From an uncultured delta proteobacterium (GTDB taxonomy: Bacteria > Desulfobacterota > Binatia > Binatales > Binataceae): DNA of 64,000 nt. The DNA lies in contig CAWCDG010000004.1 of NCBI GenBank assembly GCA_963794325.1, positions 1,344,001-1,408,000 of the forward strand, given 5' to 3'. A program made the translations under genes and the position numbers. This document shows, one piece after another, positions 40,342 to 50,629 of this stretch (the stretch's first letter is position 1; each line of letters starts with the position of its first letter). The notes under the pieces were generated by a model that had not been told where the DNA came from, ran no database searches, and saw only the letters and a list, made by a program, of their open reading frames with translations.

Positions 40342-41271
40342 CTACGCGAATGCCAGATCGGCGAGCCAATCGCGGAATTGATCGATCCAGCGGTCGGACG
40401 GCATTCCCTGCTTCGCCATGCCGAACCCGTGGTTGCCGCGCCGGTAGATGTGCAGTTCAGCTGAACGTCCGGCGTCGGTCCAGTCGGAATAGAGACCCTC
40501 GACAACGCGATACAGCAGGACATCGTTCTGGGCGATGCAGGTGAACAGCGGCGGCGCATCCTTAGGTACGGGCCTTCCCAACGTTTCGCCGCCATAGATC
40601 GCCGCGATAAAGGCGAGCGCTGCAGCGCGTGGATCGACCGCCATATCGACCACCAGAAACGCGCCAGCCGAGAATCCAATCATGCCGACCTTGGCCGGAT
40701 CGACGTCCCATTCCCTGGCACGCTCGCGCACGATTGCGATCGCGCGGCGCCCGTCATCGGCGGCGGCCGCACGCGCATCGCTGAACGATTTGGCCGGCAC
40801 GATGTCGCTCATGGCGCGGAAGGCAGTCTTTCCTTTGCGGGTCGAGTCGATCCGCGCAAAGAGCTGCGTCATCTCGGCGTCGTAGTCCGCTTGCGCCGCG
40901 GGCGTGGCTCGCACGCGATATTTCAGAAGAAACGCTGTATAGCCATGCGCCGCGAGCCAGTGCGCGACATCGACCCCTTCGTGCTCCCATGCCAGGATGC
41001 GCCAGCCGCCACCCGGGCACACGATCACGCCGATGCCGTTCGGCTTGCCGTTCGTGGGCCTATAAACGGTGAGTGTCGGATCGGACACATTGCGAAGCAT
41101 CGCCGCGTCGCCCACGGTGCCCACTGGTCCGCGGAACTCTCCCTCAGCGCCCACACCCTCCAGCTTCGTCGGTGGTCCATCGGGCCAGAGGCGGATGATG
41201 TCTCCGGGCAGCGACGTCACGGGCTTCAATCCAATTTGAAAATTCCTCTCGTAGCTCATTTTCTGTCGCAA
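40342..41271 (-). CDS. Alpha/beta hydrolase (esterase)
   Basis: CPGGGW, GFSAG nucleophile, HGFG. Confidence 0.9.
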   Translation of the reverse strand: MRQKMSYERNFQIGLKPVTSLPGDIIRLWPDGPPTKLEGVGAEGEFRGPVGTVGDAAMLRNVSDPTLTVYRPTNGKPNGIGVIVCPGGGWRILAWEHEGVDVAHWLAAHGYTAFLLKYRVRATPAAQADYDAEMTQLFARIDSTRKGKTAFRAMSDIVPAKSFSDARAAAADDGRRAIAIVRERAREWDVDPAKVGMIGFSAGAFLVVDMAVDPRAAALAFIAAIYGGETLGRPVPKDAPPLFTCIAQNDVLLYRVVEGLYSDWTDAGRSAELHIYRRGNHGFGMAKQGMPSDRWIDQFRDWLADLAFA

Positions 41272-41530
41272 CCTCTACCTTGCAGCTTGAGTACGCGGAG
41301 TATGGCCCATCCTCAAAAAAAGGAAAGACGAGTAGCAACTCCGCAGTGCTACAAGCACAGTTTGATTTGCCGAACGTGGCGGCCTGGCCGAGAGTGCATC
41401 GCTAGGCGCGATCGTGTCCCATCTGCCAATTCAGCTCTTGGCGCGATTTACCTGGGTCCGCGTATCATCGCCTTTGGATTCGCCTCACCCTCGTAACTGT
41501 ATTCCGCGGACCAAAGGCGCTCGGAGGTCG

Positions 41531-44500
41531 CTACTTGTCGCGGCCTTTTAGCGAAACCACGCCGCCGCGCGGCTTAACGGACTCGGCATTGGTGGTCACC
41601 GTAAGGGTCCCTGCATCGGGAGGTCGTCTCCCAGTGCTGCCTTCTGGAATTGGCGCAAACTTTATCCGGACTTTGCAGGACATTCCCGGTGCAAGCGATT
41701 CCCCTTCCGCGCACCTGTTCGGAGCGGTTCCATCGGTTGAAAAATTGCCGCCATTGATTGCGATGCTCACGATCAAGATTGGTAGCTTGTTCGATTTCTT
41801 CGCCTTGACCTTCACCGACCGTTCAGTCGTCGAACCAGCCGAATGCTTGCCAAACGAAACCTTGCTCGGCACGATCGCGAGCGTATCGGGAACTGGCGTC
41901 GCCGTAGAGTGCCGTGGCGGTCGGACTCATTGTCGCGGTCGGAGTAATCGTTGCTGTCGGGGTCGGACTGATTGTCGGTGTCGGGATCGGCCCCGGAATC
42001 AGGTCAAGTTCGGCGACAAAGGCGTTGGCACCCGAACTCCGGAGCGGCAGATGGCGTTGTTGACTGTCTGGAAGGCGCCCGGGGTAGTGGGGAAGTCGCC
42101 GGAAAAGGCAGTACCGGTCACATATGCATCGCCTGCGGAACCGACCGCGATGCTGTGACCTAGTCGCCGCCTAATCCGGATGGGCCACTGCTGCCACCCA
42201 GATAGGTCGAATAGACCAGCGATGCGCTGCCAGACGCCGATGGATTCAGCTTGGCCACGAAGGCGTTTGGTCGCCGTTCGTGACCGCATTGTTGGCAGTT
42301 TGGAACGCGCCCGGCGTGGTGGGAAACGGGATGCACGTGCCGGTTCCAACTCCAGTGCAACAAGGGGCAGGGTTTATTTCGATGCATTGGGCATTCGAGG
42401 TTGAAAGGGTGAGTCCGGTCACATAAGCGTCGCCTGCGGAGTCGATGGCGATGCCAGAGCTGTAGTCAGCCTCCGCTTCCGCCCAGATAAGTCGAGTAAA
42501 CCAGCGCCGAGCCAGCGGCATTCAGTTCTGTCACGAAGGCGTTGCCGAAACTGAGGGTTCGAATATGCATTGTTAACGGCTTGGAACGCGCCCGGCGGTG
42601 GTGGGAAAAGGGATGCAGGTGCCGGTTCCCGGCCCGGTGCAACACGCCTCGTACAAGCCACTGCTGGTCACACCACTGCCGCCGCAATTTGCGTTGGAGA
42701 TAGAATAAGCAGTGCCTGTCACATAAGCGCGCCTTCGGAATCGACCGCGATGCCAGTGGCCCTGTCGCCGAAGCTTTCGACGCCAGGGTAATTGATGCCG
42801 CCGCCGCCGAGATAGGTCGAATAGACGAGCGATGCGACGCCCGCCGCCGACGGATTAAGTTTCGCCACGAAGGAGTTGACGGCGCCCGCCGCGCCATTGT
42901 TCACGGTCTGGAAGGCGCCTGAAGTGATGGGGAAGTCAGCTCCAGCTACTCCCGGTACGTAAGCGTTGCCGGCGGAATCGACCGCGATGCCGGCGGCGCC
43001 GGCACCCTCCGCTCCCGCCTAGATAGGTCGAATAGAGCAAGGACGCTGCTCCCGACGCGGATGGATCCAGCTTTGCCATGAAGACGTTAATGCCTCCTGG
43101 GGCGTTGTTAATGGTCTGGTACGCTCCAGGTGTGGTGGGAAACGGGATGCAGGTGCCGGTTCCGGGCCCGGTGCAGCAATCGAAGGGTACCCCGTCACCG
43201 CCGCAGCTCGAGTTGGTGATCGCCAGCGTGCTGCCCGTTACATAGGCGTCGCCGGAGGCATCGACGGCGATGCCGTACAGCTCACCTAATGCGTAAAAGA
43301 TTTATCCACCCTGATATCCACCCAAATAGGTGGAATACAGCAGCGAGGAGCCGGTTGGATTCAGCACCGTTACGAAGGCGTTGCTGCCGACGAGGGTGCC
43401 TGCGGAATTGTTAACGGTCTGGAACGCGCCCGAGGTGGTGGGAAAGTCGGTCGAGTCTGTCGTTCCCGTCACATAAGCATCGCCGGAGGAGTCGACCGCG
43501 ATGGCCCCGCCCTGGTCGGCGTCGCTCCCGCCCAGGTAGGTTGAGTACACCAGCGACGCTTCGCCCGACGCCGACGGATTCAACTTCGCCACAAAGGCGG
43601 TGTAGTTGGGGTTCGGTACGGCTGTCTGGAATGCGCCCGAGGTGGTGGGGAAGTCGGCTGAAAAAGCGGTCCCCGTCACATAGGCGTTGCCGCCGGAATC
43701 GACCGCGATCCCAAGCCCTTGGTCAGTCTGGTTCCCGCCCAGGTAGGTCGAATATACCAGCCCCGGATCGATGTAGAGCGCGCGATGGCGATCGTAGTTC
43801 GCCAACTCGAAGCCGATCGCATCCTTGCCACGCATGACGACGCGCCCCTGGAGCTTCTCGCGCTTGCGATCGCGCTCCTGGTAGATCGCGGGGAGATGCT
43901 GGACGAGTTGGCCGCCATCCGGGAGCGTCGCAACCAGATCGCTCTGCGCCCTTTAGCAGCAGCTTTTTCGCTCCTTCAAAACGCAAGGTGATCGCCTTCG
44001 GGTCCGTTCCCGGCGCCACGATAAAGTCGTATTCAAGTTGGCCTTGACCTGTGCCGTAGTAAACAACGTCAATCCCTGGATAAACATCGCGATAGCGGAC
44101 CCGCGCGTAGGTCGGGATGTTCGTGCGCCATTTTTTCGGATCGTTGCCGATGAAATAGTTGGTCTTGCCCAGCAGTTGCTCGAGGCCTTCGAACTTCGCG
44201 TGAGGGTTCCCGCCAACCAACTTGATGCGCACCACTTGTGTTTCGACCGGCTCGGGCTTTGCCCCGCGCTTTCCTGTCAGCGTCCCGGTCGGGGCTCCGT
44301 TGCTCTCCTTGCGAAGCGCAAGGACCGCTCCCGACTGGGTGAGAAACAGCGCGTAACCGGGGCGGCGCGAGAGGAATTTTACACGCTCATCGGTCTGGCC
44401 CTCATTCAGTTCAAAACTGAGCGGAACCTTATCGTAGAGATTCACCGGGCGAAGCCTGGCGTTGGGGACTGCTTTATGTTCGGCTGTCGCCGCGCCGCTA

Positions 44501-44586
44501 GACCGCGGCGCTGAGGCAATCGCGAGCATGCTAGCGCCCGACAGAGCTAGCGCAGCAATTGCCGCTCTTCTCACCCCTTGAAACAT
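41531..44586 (-). pseudogene. Secreted SBBP (beta-propeller) repeat surface protein with Pro/Thr linker and C-terminal Ig-like domain, broken by many frameshifts
   Basis: LSFELNEGQTD, NYFIGNDPKKW, repeated [28 protein letters not shown] spread over many frames. Confidence 0.85.
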
Positions 44587-44740
44587 CCTGCTTCGCCGAC
44601 AAAATCAGGCGATTAGATCGGCTGGATCACCCCCTGTTCGAGCGGAGCATGGCAAACGATAGGCTCGAGCGCAAACCTGGTTCCGTCGCAGGCACGTTTG
44701 GGTTTCTGGGTCCTATGAATGGATCGACGTGCGTCCGGAA

Positions 44741-44785
44741 CGGCTGATGCTACTACGCGAATGCCAGATCTGCGAGCCAATCGCG
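44741..44785. repeat. 45-bp duplicate of the esterase 3' end (40330-40374)
   Basis: 42/45 identity; encodes RDWLADLAFA-stop in both copies. Confidence 0.85.
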
Positions 44786-44976
44786 TTGGCTCGTCGAGAG
44801 ATTGGCGCGCAGCGCGTCCGTTCCCTTAAGAAGGGGAATCGGGAAGGAAGCGCCAAGTGGCGTCGCCCCGGAGCGCGCGCAAGCCTGGATAAAAATCCGG
44901 CTGGCGAGAGCACCATAGCCAGCCCGTAGGCTCACGCCCATAGAGCGTCAGCCAAGGTCTATTTCTTTCTACTGAA

Positions 44977-45315
44977 TCAATGCAGTCCAGACGGCGTCAC
45001 TACTGCTGCATCAACATCGCTTTGTGGAACATCTTCACCCTTCTTAAGTTTGGCCATCAAGCCATTGATCTGTTTGATTTGGCGATCCAAATCAGCCTGC
45101 GCATGAGGGTCTTGTGAAGAGTGCTTGCGCATTGTCCGAAAGCGTTTCTTGGCGTCTGCCAGCGTTTTCATGGCTGAGTCCTTGTCTGCCATCTGGGTGC
45201 TCGCGGAGCTGCTCGCCGCTGCCTCTGGAGCGGGTTGCGCAAATGACACTCCGAATTGGATGGGAATGATCGTCCCTGCCATTACTATCAACGCTACAAT
45301 CGCGGGCTTCCGCAT
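44977..45315 (-). CDS. Small secreted hypothetical protein
   Basis: GAGGAG RBS, signal peptide MRKPAIVALIV... Confidence 0.65.
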   Translation of the reverse strand: MRKPAIVALIVMAGTIIPIQFGVSFAQPAPEAAASSSASTQMADKDSAMKTLADAKKRFRTMRKHSSQDPHAQADLDRQIKQINGLMAKLKKGEDVPQSDVDAAVVTPSGLH

Positions 45316-45496
45316 GGTCTCCTCTCTGGGGGCAGATTTTTGAGTTCGTCTGTTCTGCCAAACGAACGTTACCAAGGCATTAACAGATGATAGAGCCAGG
45401 ATTAAATGCGCTACTCACGCGAGTCGATTTGCGTCTCGCCTATACTCCGAAAGAATCCATGGGCCACTACGCAACGGGCACCGGCTTGTTTCGTCC

Positions 45497-47038
45497 CTAG
45501 GATTGCAGCTTTGCAGTCCGCTGCTCGACAAAGCGAGCGAGCTTCTGGTTCCAGCTCGAAAGCGCCGGCCAGAGTCCTGCGTATATCTCGCCCAGTTCCG
45601 CGTAGGCCGCCTTCTCCTTCGGCCTCGGTTCGAAGGTCCGAGCGATGTGGCCGGCCATGGCGGCCGATGCCTCGGTAAAGCTCCGGAACCAGCCGCATCC
45701 CGTGGCGGCCGCCATTGCCGCGCCGAGAGAGGACGCCTCCTTGCTCGCCGAGCGATGGACGGGAACGCCCACGGCATCGGCCAGGATCTGCATCCACAGA
45801 TCCGATGCCGTGCCGCCGCCCACCGCGACATAGTGGTCGATCGTCTGTCCGCAGCCAGTTTGCAGGCGCTTCGACGCCAGCGCCTGCTCGAGCACTACGC
45901 CCTCCAGCAGAGCGCGATAGAGATCGCCGCGCCGGGTCGATCCCGACAGACCGGCGATCACGCCCCGGGCCGACGCATCCCAGTAGGGGGTCATGCATCC
46001 CTCCCAGTAGGGGACAAGCATGACTCCGTTGGCGCCGATCGGCGAGGCACTGGCTTCGGCCTCGAGAGCGGTCAGCGCCTCGAGCTCTCGCTTAGGGTCG
46101 AGGCCCAGCAGATCGCGCAACAGCCAGTCGACCAGGAAGGTGCCGGAGCGCAGGCAGGTCTCGACGATATAGCCTCGATCGGCGACCGCCGTCTCGGTTC
46201 GGAACGCGGCGTCGAAGGCATAGCGCTCGGAATAGCTTCCTGAGACGACTGCGGTGCCGAGGTTGATATAGGCGCGGCCGGATCGCAGGACATCGACGCC
46301 GGTACCCGCGCACTGTCCGTCGCCGCCACCGGCGAATATCGGCGTACCGGCCGGAAGGCCGGTCGCCTGCGCACTGGCTTCGGTAACGGTTCCGATGAAC
46401 GCGCCGGGTCGCACCAGCGGCAGCATCTTGTCGATCGGGACTCCCGCCGCCGCGAGAATCTCCTGCGACCAGACCAGGCGCTCCATGTCGAGCACGCCCA
46501 GCGGGTCAGCCGAGGCGGTCGAGGTTGTCCACCGGCCGGTGAGCCGGAAGCAAAGATAGCCATGGACTTCGGCGACATAGGCGGCGCGATCCAGGAGATG
46601 CGGCTCGTTCTCGCGCAGCCAGACCATCCGGTATAGGCATGGCGTGATGTCGACCGGCTTGCCGGAGATCGCGTGGATCTTCTCGGCGCCGAAGCTCGCC
46701 CCGAATCGGCGCATTTGGTCCATTGCCCGCTCGTCGAGCCAAACGATGGCCGGACGGATCGGCTCGCCATGCTCGCCAAAGAGGCCGAAGGTCTCGCGCT
46801 GGTTCGAAATTGCCACGCCCGCGATGCGCGCCGGATCGACCTTTGCCGTGAGATCGCGCAGCGCCACAGAGGTCGAGCGCCACCAGTCTTCGGGGTCCTG
46901 TTCGAAATAGCGCGGGCGAGGCTGGGCGAGCGGGATTGCGGCACGCCCTTCAGCCACCGGCGCGCCGGTCCGATCCCAGGCGATCGCCTTGGTGGCTGTG
47001 GTCGAGGAATCGATTCCGATAACAAGGTTGCGCTGCAT
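45497..47038 (-). CDS. FGGY-family carbohydrate kinase (xylulokinase-like)
   Basis: GIDSSTTATK, ISNQRET, WLDER, GGGDGQ, GGG..S. Confidence 0.92.
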   Translation of the reverse strand: MQRNLVIGIDSSTTATKAIAWDRTGAPVAEGRAAIPLAQPRPRYFEQDPEDWWRSTSVALRDLTAKVDPARIAGVAISNQRETFGLFGEHGEPIRPAIVWLDERAMDQMRRFGASFGAEKIHAISGKPVDITPCLYRMVWLRENEPHLLDRAAYVAEVHGYLCFRLTGRWTTSTASADPLGVLDMERLVWSQEILAAAGVPIDKMLPLVRPGAFIGTVTEASAQATGLPAGTPIFAGGGDGQCAGTGVDVLRSGRAYINLGTAVVSGSYSERYAFDAAFRTETAVADRGYIVETCLRSGTFLVDWLLRDLLGLDPKRELEALTALEAEASASPIGANGVMLVPYWEGCMTPYWDASARGVIAGLSGSTRRGDLYRALLEGVVLEQALASKRLQTGCGQTIDHYVAVGGGTASDLWMQILADAVGVPVHRSASKEASSLGAAMAAATGCGWFRSFTEASAAMAGHIARTFEPRPKEKAAYAELGEIYAGLWPALSSWNQKLARFVEQRTAKLQS

Positions 47039-47394
47039 GCAAGAGCTCAGTAACCGGAACGGAGACGCACGTGCGCCTCCGTTTGCATGGATGAAGGAAT
47101 CTTACAGAAGACCGGCATCTTTCGTCTTGGCGTCGATCATCTTCGCCACGCGTCCACGCACTTTATCGCATCGCCGCCGTAGTTCGGGCCGGTCAGCGAC
47201 TTGCCCGACGCAGGGGGAGAGAACTGTGCGAGAACAGGTCTATGCCAGCGGTAGCGGTCACAGCAAGAGCTTCGGACTTCAGCCCCAGTCTGCTTCGCAC
47301 TGGCGGATACTTGCTTCTCTCCAGCACGGCTACTTTAGTCTTCAGGAAATTTGTCGCCCAATCCGCGGACAATTTTTCTATGAAAAGGCGAAAT

Positions 47395-47597
47395 GGAGGT
47401 CGACAGTTCAAATCCGCTCTGCTCGAAATTTAGTCTCTCGGTTTTGGGACATCTCGGAGAATAGATCGAAAATCGCGCGTGCGCGCGCGATTCGCGATCA
47501 GGGGCGGGCCCGGACAATGCCTTTGGCGACGCGGATAGCCAGAATCGGGCAAAACCTATCCGGGCGCGGTTTGCTAGCTCGGCGAATTGTCGCCTTA
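47395..47597 (+). repeat. Copy 2 of ~200-bp unit (degenerate tRNA-Ala 3' half + element), att-like
   Basis: GGTCGACAGTTCAAATCCGCTCTGCTC versus tRNA GGTCGAGGGTTCAAATCCCTTCTGCTC, followed by the shared element. Confidence 0.82.
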
Positions 47598-47696
47598 CAT
47601 CCGCATGCCTATCGGCGGTGAACAAACTCGGATAACTGATAGGTTGTAGCGAAGCCGGGCCTTTATGACTTAGTTCGTCCGGGGCCGAAGCCCTCA

Positions 47697-47835
47697 ATGA
47701 AGAGACGCATCGATGGGCGTACCGCCAAAGGCGTGCGGATCAGGCAACAGGTCCGCGAGCGAATTCTGACCGCGTACATAGAACTGATCCGCGAGGGGGT
47801 TCCGTCGCAGACCGCTCGGGCAACCGCGACGCGAG
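47697..47835 (+). pseudogene. Truncated TetR-family regulator N-terminus
   Basis: IDGRTAKG..RERILTAYIELIREG resembles TetR helix 1; similarity ends before the HTH is complete. Confidence 0.5.
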
Positions 47836-48174
47836 GCTGTTTGCGCAGGTCGACTTTGTTTACACCACGGTGTTCCTGGGCAGCTCGGCTCTGGTCAATC
47901 AGGATCTGGCCGATCTCGGCGCGGATCTACCGAGCGGCGCAGCAAGAACATTTCAACTGCGGCGCGTGTCGTCTGCACCACGAGCCGCACTAAGTTCCAA
48001 CCTGCATTCAGGCCACCTTGAGTTGCGTTTTCGCCATTTTTAAACTGACGCGACTCGAGATGGCATCGCCCTGATAGCATCTTCGTGTGCGACTCTCCCG
48101 CGAGGGCATAAGTCGTCAGTCTCCCGAATTGAAGCTCTGATAGCGCTCTCGCGTCCTATCTATAGGAGACGAAG

Positions 48175-48474
48175 ATGAAAACAAATATTGCGATGGGACT
48201 GGGTGGTCTCGCAGCAATTGTGCTCGACTACGTCATTGTAGCATCGATCGTCGGTACGTTGCTGCTCACGCGATGGCTCGGAGTCGGCTGGATGCTGGAC
48301 GTTCTGACCGTGTTCCTCATCAGCTGCATGATAGTTGCCTGGTTCTACGGAAAACGATTCAGCGCATTCTTGAATCGTCGAGATGACGAGCTGCCAAATT
48401 CGGTCGTTGTCGGGCATTCGGTCCCGCGCAGATCGATCGAGGGCGAAAGATCGCGAGGATTGGGTTCTCGCTGA
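48175..48474 (+). CDS. Small membrane hypothetical protein
   Basis: AGGAG RBS; two hydrophobic segments. Confidence 0.55.
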   Translation: MKTNIAMGLGGLAAIVLDYVIVASIVGTLLLTRWLGVGWMLDVLTVFLISCMIVAWFYGKRFSAFLNRRDDELPNSVVVGHSVPRRSIEGERSRGLGSR

Positions 48475-48897
48475 ACCATCACAGCTGAAGACGCCGCCGT
48501 CATTTTCGATGAGAACACTCAGTTCGCTGAGACGCGTCGCATTTCGGCAGCAGGAATAGAAACGCAGACCCCGCTGGGAGCATTACGGCTATCAGCCGGA
48601 AGAAATCGCTGTACGCCATCGTTGTCGCCTGTCGTTTGACACTCTGTTTGAGCATCGCCAGATACGACAGTCGGCCCGGCGTACAGCGAAACTCTTCAGG
48701 GGAGAGAGTCAGACCGCCGCAACCCTCGCCTGTTTGGTTTGGGTTGTCTAACCGTGAGCCTCGAGGGTTATCTGCTCACGGGACGCCACGGGCTCAACCT
48801 CCGGCCGCCATCACGTCACCGACGGTATCGTCCGTCGGGCGGAAGTGCCCACCCAGTCTGCAAGGCAAAATCGCGAGGCGACCGAAGACAGTTAGAA

Positions 48898-49467
48898 TCA
48901 GCTCGCGATCTTTTCCTGGTAGACCAGAATCTCGACCCGCCGATTACTACGCCGACCGTCCCGTGTGCTGTTGTCGGCGACCGGCTTGCTCGCGCCGTAC
49001 GAGACTACGCGAACCTGCGTCGGGTCGAGGCCCTTCGAGCCGACCAGATATCCGGCGACGCTCGTCGCGCGCCGCTGTCCGAGCTCGTAGTTGTAGTCCT
49101 CATGGCCCACGCTGTCAGTATACCCGGCGATCACGAAGACGCGCTGCGACGCCGCCGACGCGGGGGCGGTTGTCGATCCCTCCATATCTCCGACGAATGC
49201 ATCGATCTCGCGCTTGGCGTTCGCGCTCAAGGCAGCTGATCCGGTCTTGAAGGTCGGCCCCTGGCTCGAATCCAAGACCAGCTTTCGCTCGAGGTGGAGA
49301 TTGTTCATTTGGCTTTCGAGCTGTTCTTGCTGGCCGGTGATGGGTTTCAGCTGATCTCCGACCCACGAGCGAGTGGCAAGGCATCCACTGGTGGTGAGAA
49401 GCAAACCCGCCCCGATGAAGGCTCCGGCTCCGATTCGGACAGCGTCCGATAAATGTATGATTCGCAC
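48898..49467 (-). CDS. OmpA-family lipoprotein
   Basis: Lipobox TSGC; GYTDSVG..YNYELGQRRA, NRRVEI. Confidence 0.9.
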   Translation of the reverse strand: MRIIHLSDAVRIGAGAFIGAGLLLTTSGCLATRSWVGDQLKPITGQQEQLESQMNNLHLERKLVLDSSQGPTFKTGSAALSANAKREIDAFVGDMEGSTTAPASAASQRVFVIAGYTDSVGHEDYNYELGQRRATSVAGYLVGSKGLDPTQVRVVSYGASKPVADNSTRDGRRSNRRVEILVYQEKIAS

Positions 49468-49592
49468 AATAAATCCTCCGTGCTTGAACCAATCTAACCA
49501 TTATTTTCCAACCAGTTGATTTTTGGGTCAAGTTCACTAAGCAGGGCATGGTCAACGTGATTTCATCTTCGGCCGACGACAGTCCTGCAAGC

Positions 49593-50588
49593 CTACTGAA
49601 AGCGCGAACGATCGTGCGGGGCGTTGAAATCGAGCGCGGGGCCCTTGGGGACGATCCGGGTTGGGTTGATGGCTGCATGGCTGGCGTAATAGTGGCGCTT
49701 GATTTGCGCGAGATTGACGGTCTCGGCGACGCCCCCGACCTGGTAGAGGTCGCGCAGATAGTTCCATAGATTTGGATAGTCGACGACGCGCCGCAGATTG
49801 CATTTGAAGTGACCGTTGTAGACGGCGTCGAAGCGAACGAGGGTGGTGAACAGGCGCCAATCGGCTTCGGTCATGCGCGAGCCGGCTATGTAGCGCGTAT
49901 GCGCCAAGCGCTGTTCGAGTTGGTCGAGTGCGGCGAATAGAGAATCGAAGGCGGCTTCGTACGCCGACTGAGTGGTCGCGAAGCCACATCGATAAACGCC
50001 GTTGTTGACGTTGGGATAAACCAGCGCGTTGATACGATCGATCTCGTCGCGCAAATCCTTGGGATAGAAGTCGAGTGAAGCATCGCCGAATTCGTCGAAT
50101 GCGCTGTTGAGCATCCGTATGATCTCCGACGATTCATTGTTGACGATCGTGGCACGCTTGCTGTCCCACAAGACGGGTACCGTGACTCGTCCCGAAAATC
50201 GCGGATTCGCACGGAGATAGATCTCGTAAAGATAACGCGATCCGAAAAGATGGTCGCGGGTCGATCCGGGAAATAGCGAACCGTCCGGGGCCGCGAACGC
50301 CCATCCGTTTTCACCCATGAAAGGATCGACGATCGAGACAGAGATTGTCGATTCGAGCCGTTTCAGCCGGCGAAAGATCAGCGTGCGATGAGCCCATGGG
50401 CATGCAAGTGAAACGTAAAGATGGTAGCGGACGGGCTCGGCGCGAAACGCGCCTTTGCCGGATGGACCCGGCGCGCCGTCAGGTGTCACCCAGTTTCGGA
50501 AAACCGATTCTCCGCGGACGAACTCGCCGCCGCTGCTTTCGGTGTCGTACCACTGATCCTTCCAGACGCCATCGACTAACAGTCCCAT
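49593..50588 (-). CDS. yqjG: Glutathionyl-hydroquinone reductase (YqjG / GST omega-like)
   Basis: MGLLVDG start, CPWAHR, VNNESSEI, NNGVY, IKRHYY. Confidence 0.9.
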   Translation of the reverse strand: MGLLVDGVWKDQWYDTESSGGEFVRGESVFRNWVTPDGAPGPSGKGAFRAEPVRYHLYVSLACPWAHRTLIFRRLKRLESTISVSIVDPFMGENGWAFAAPDGSLFPGSTRDHLFGSRYLYEIYLRANPRFSGRVTVPVLWDSKRATIVNNESSEIIRMLNSAFDEFGDASLDFYPKDLRDEIDRINALVYPNVNNGVYRCGFATTQSAYEAAFDSLFAALDQLEQRLAHTRYIAGSRMTEADWRLFTTLVRFDAVYNGHFKCNLRRVVDYPNLWNYLRDLYQVGGVAETVNLAQIKRHYYASHAAINPTRIVPKGPALDFNAPHDRSRFQ

Positions 50589-50629
50589 TAGGAAGCTCCA
50601 AGGTCTGGGATGCGTCCAGCGTAACAGCT

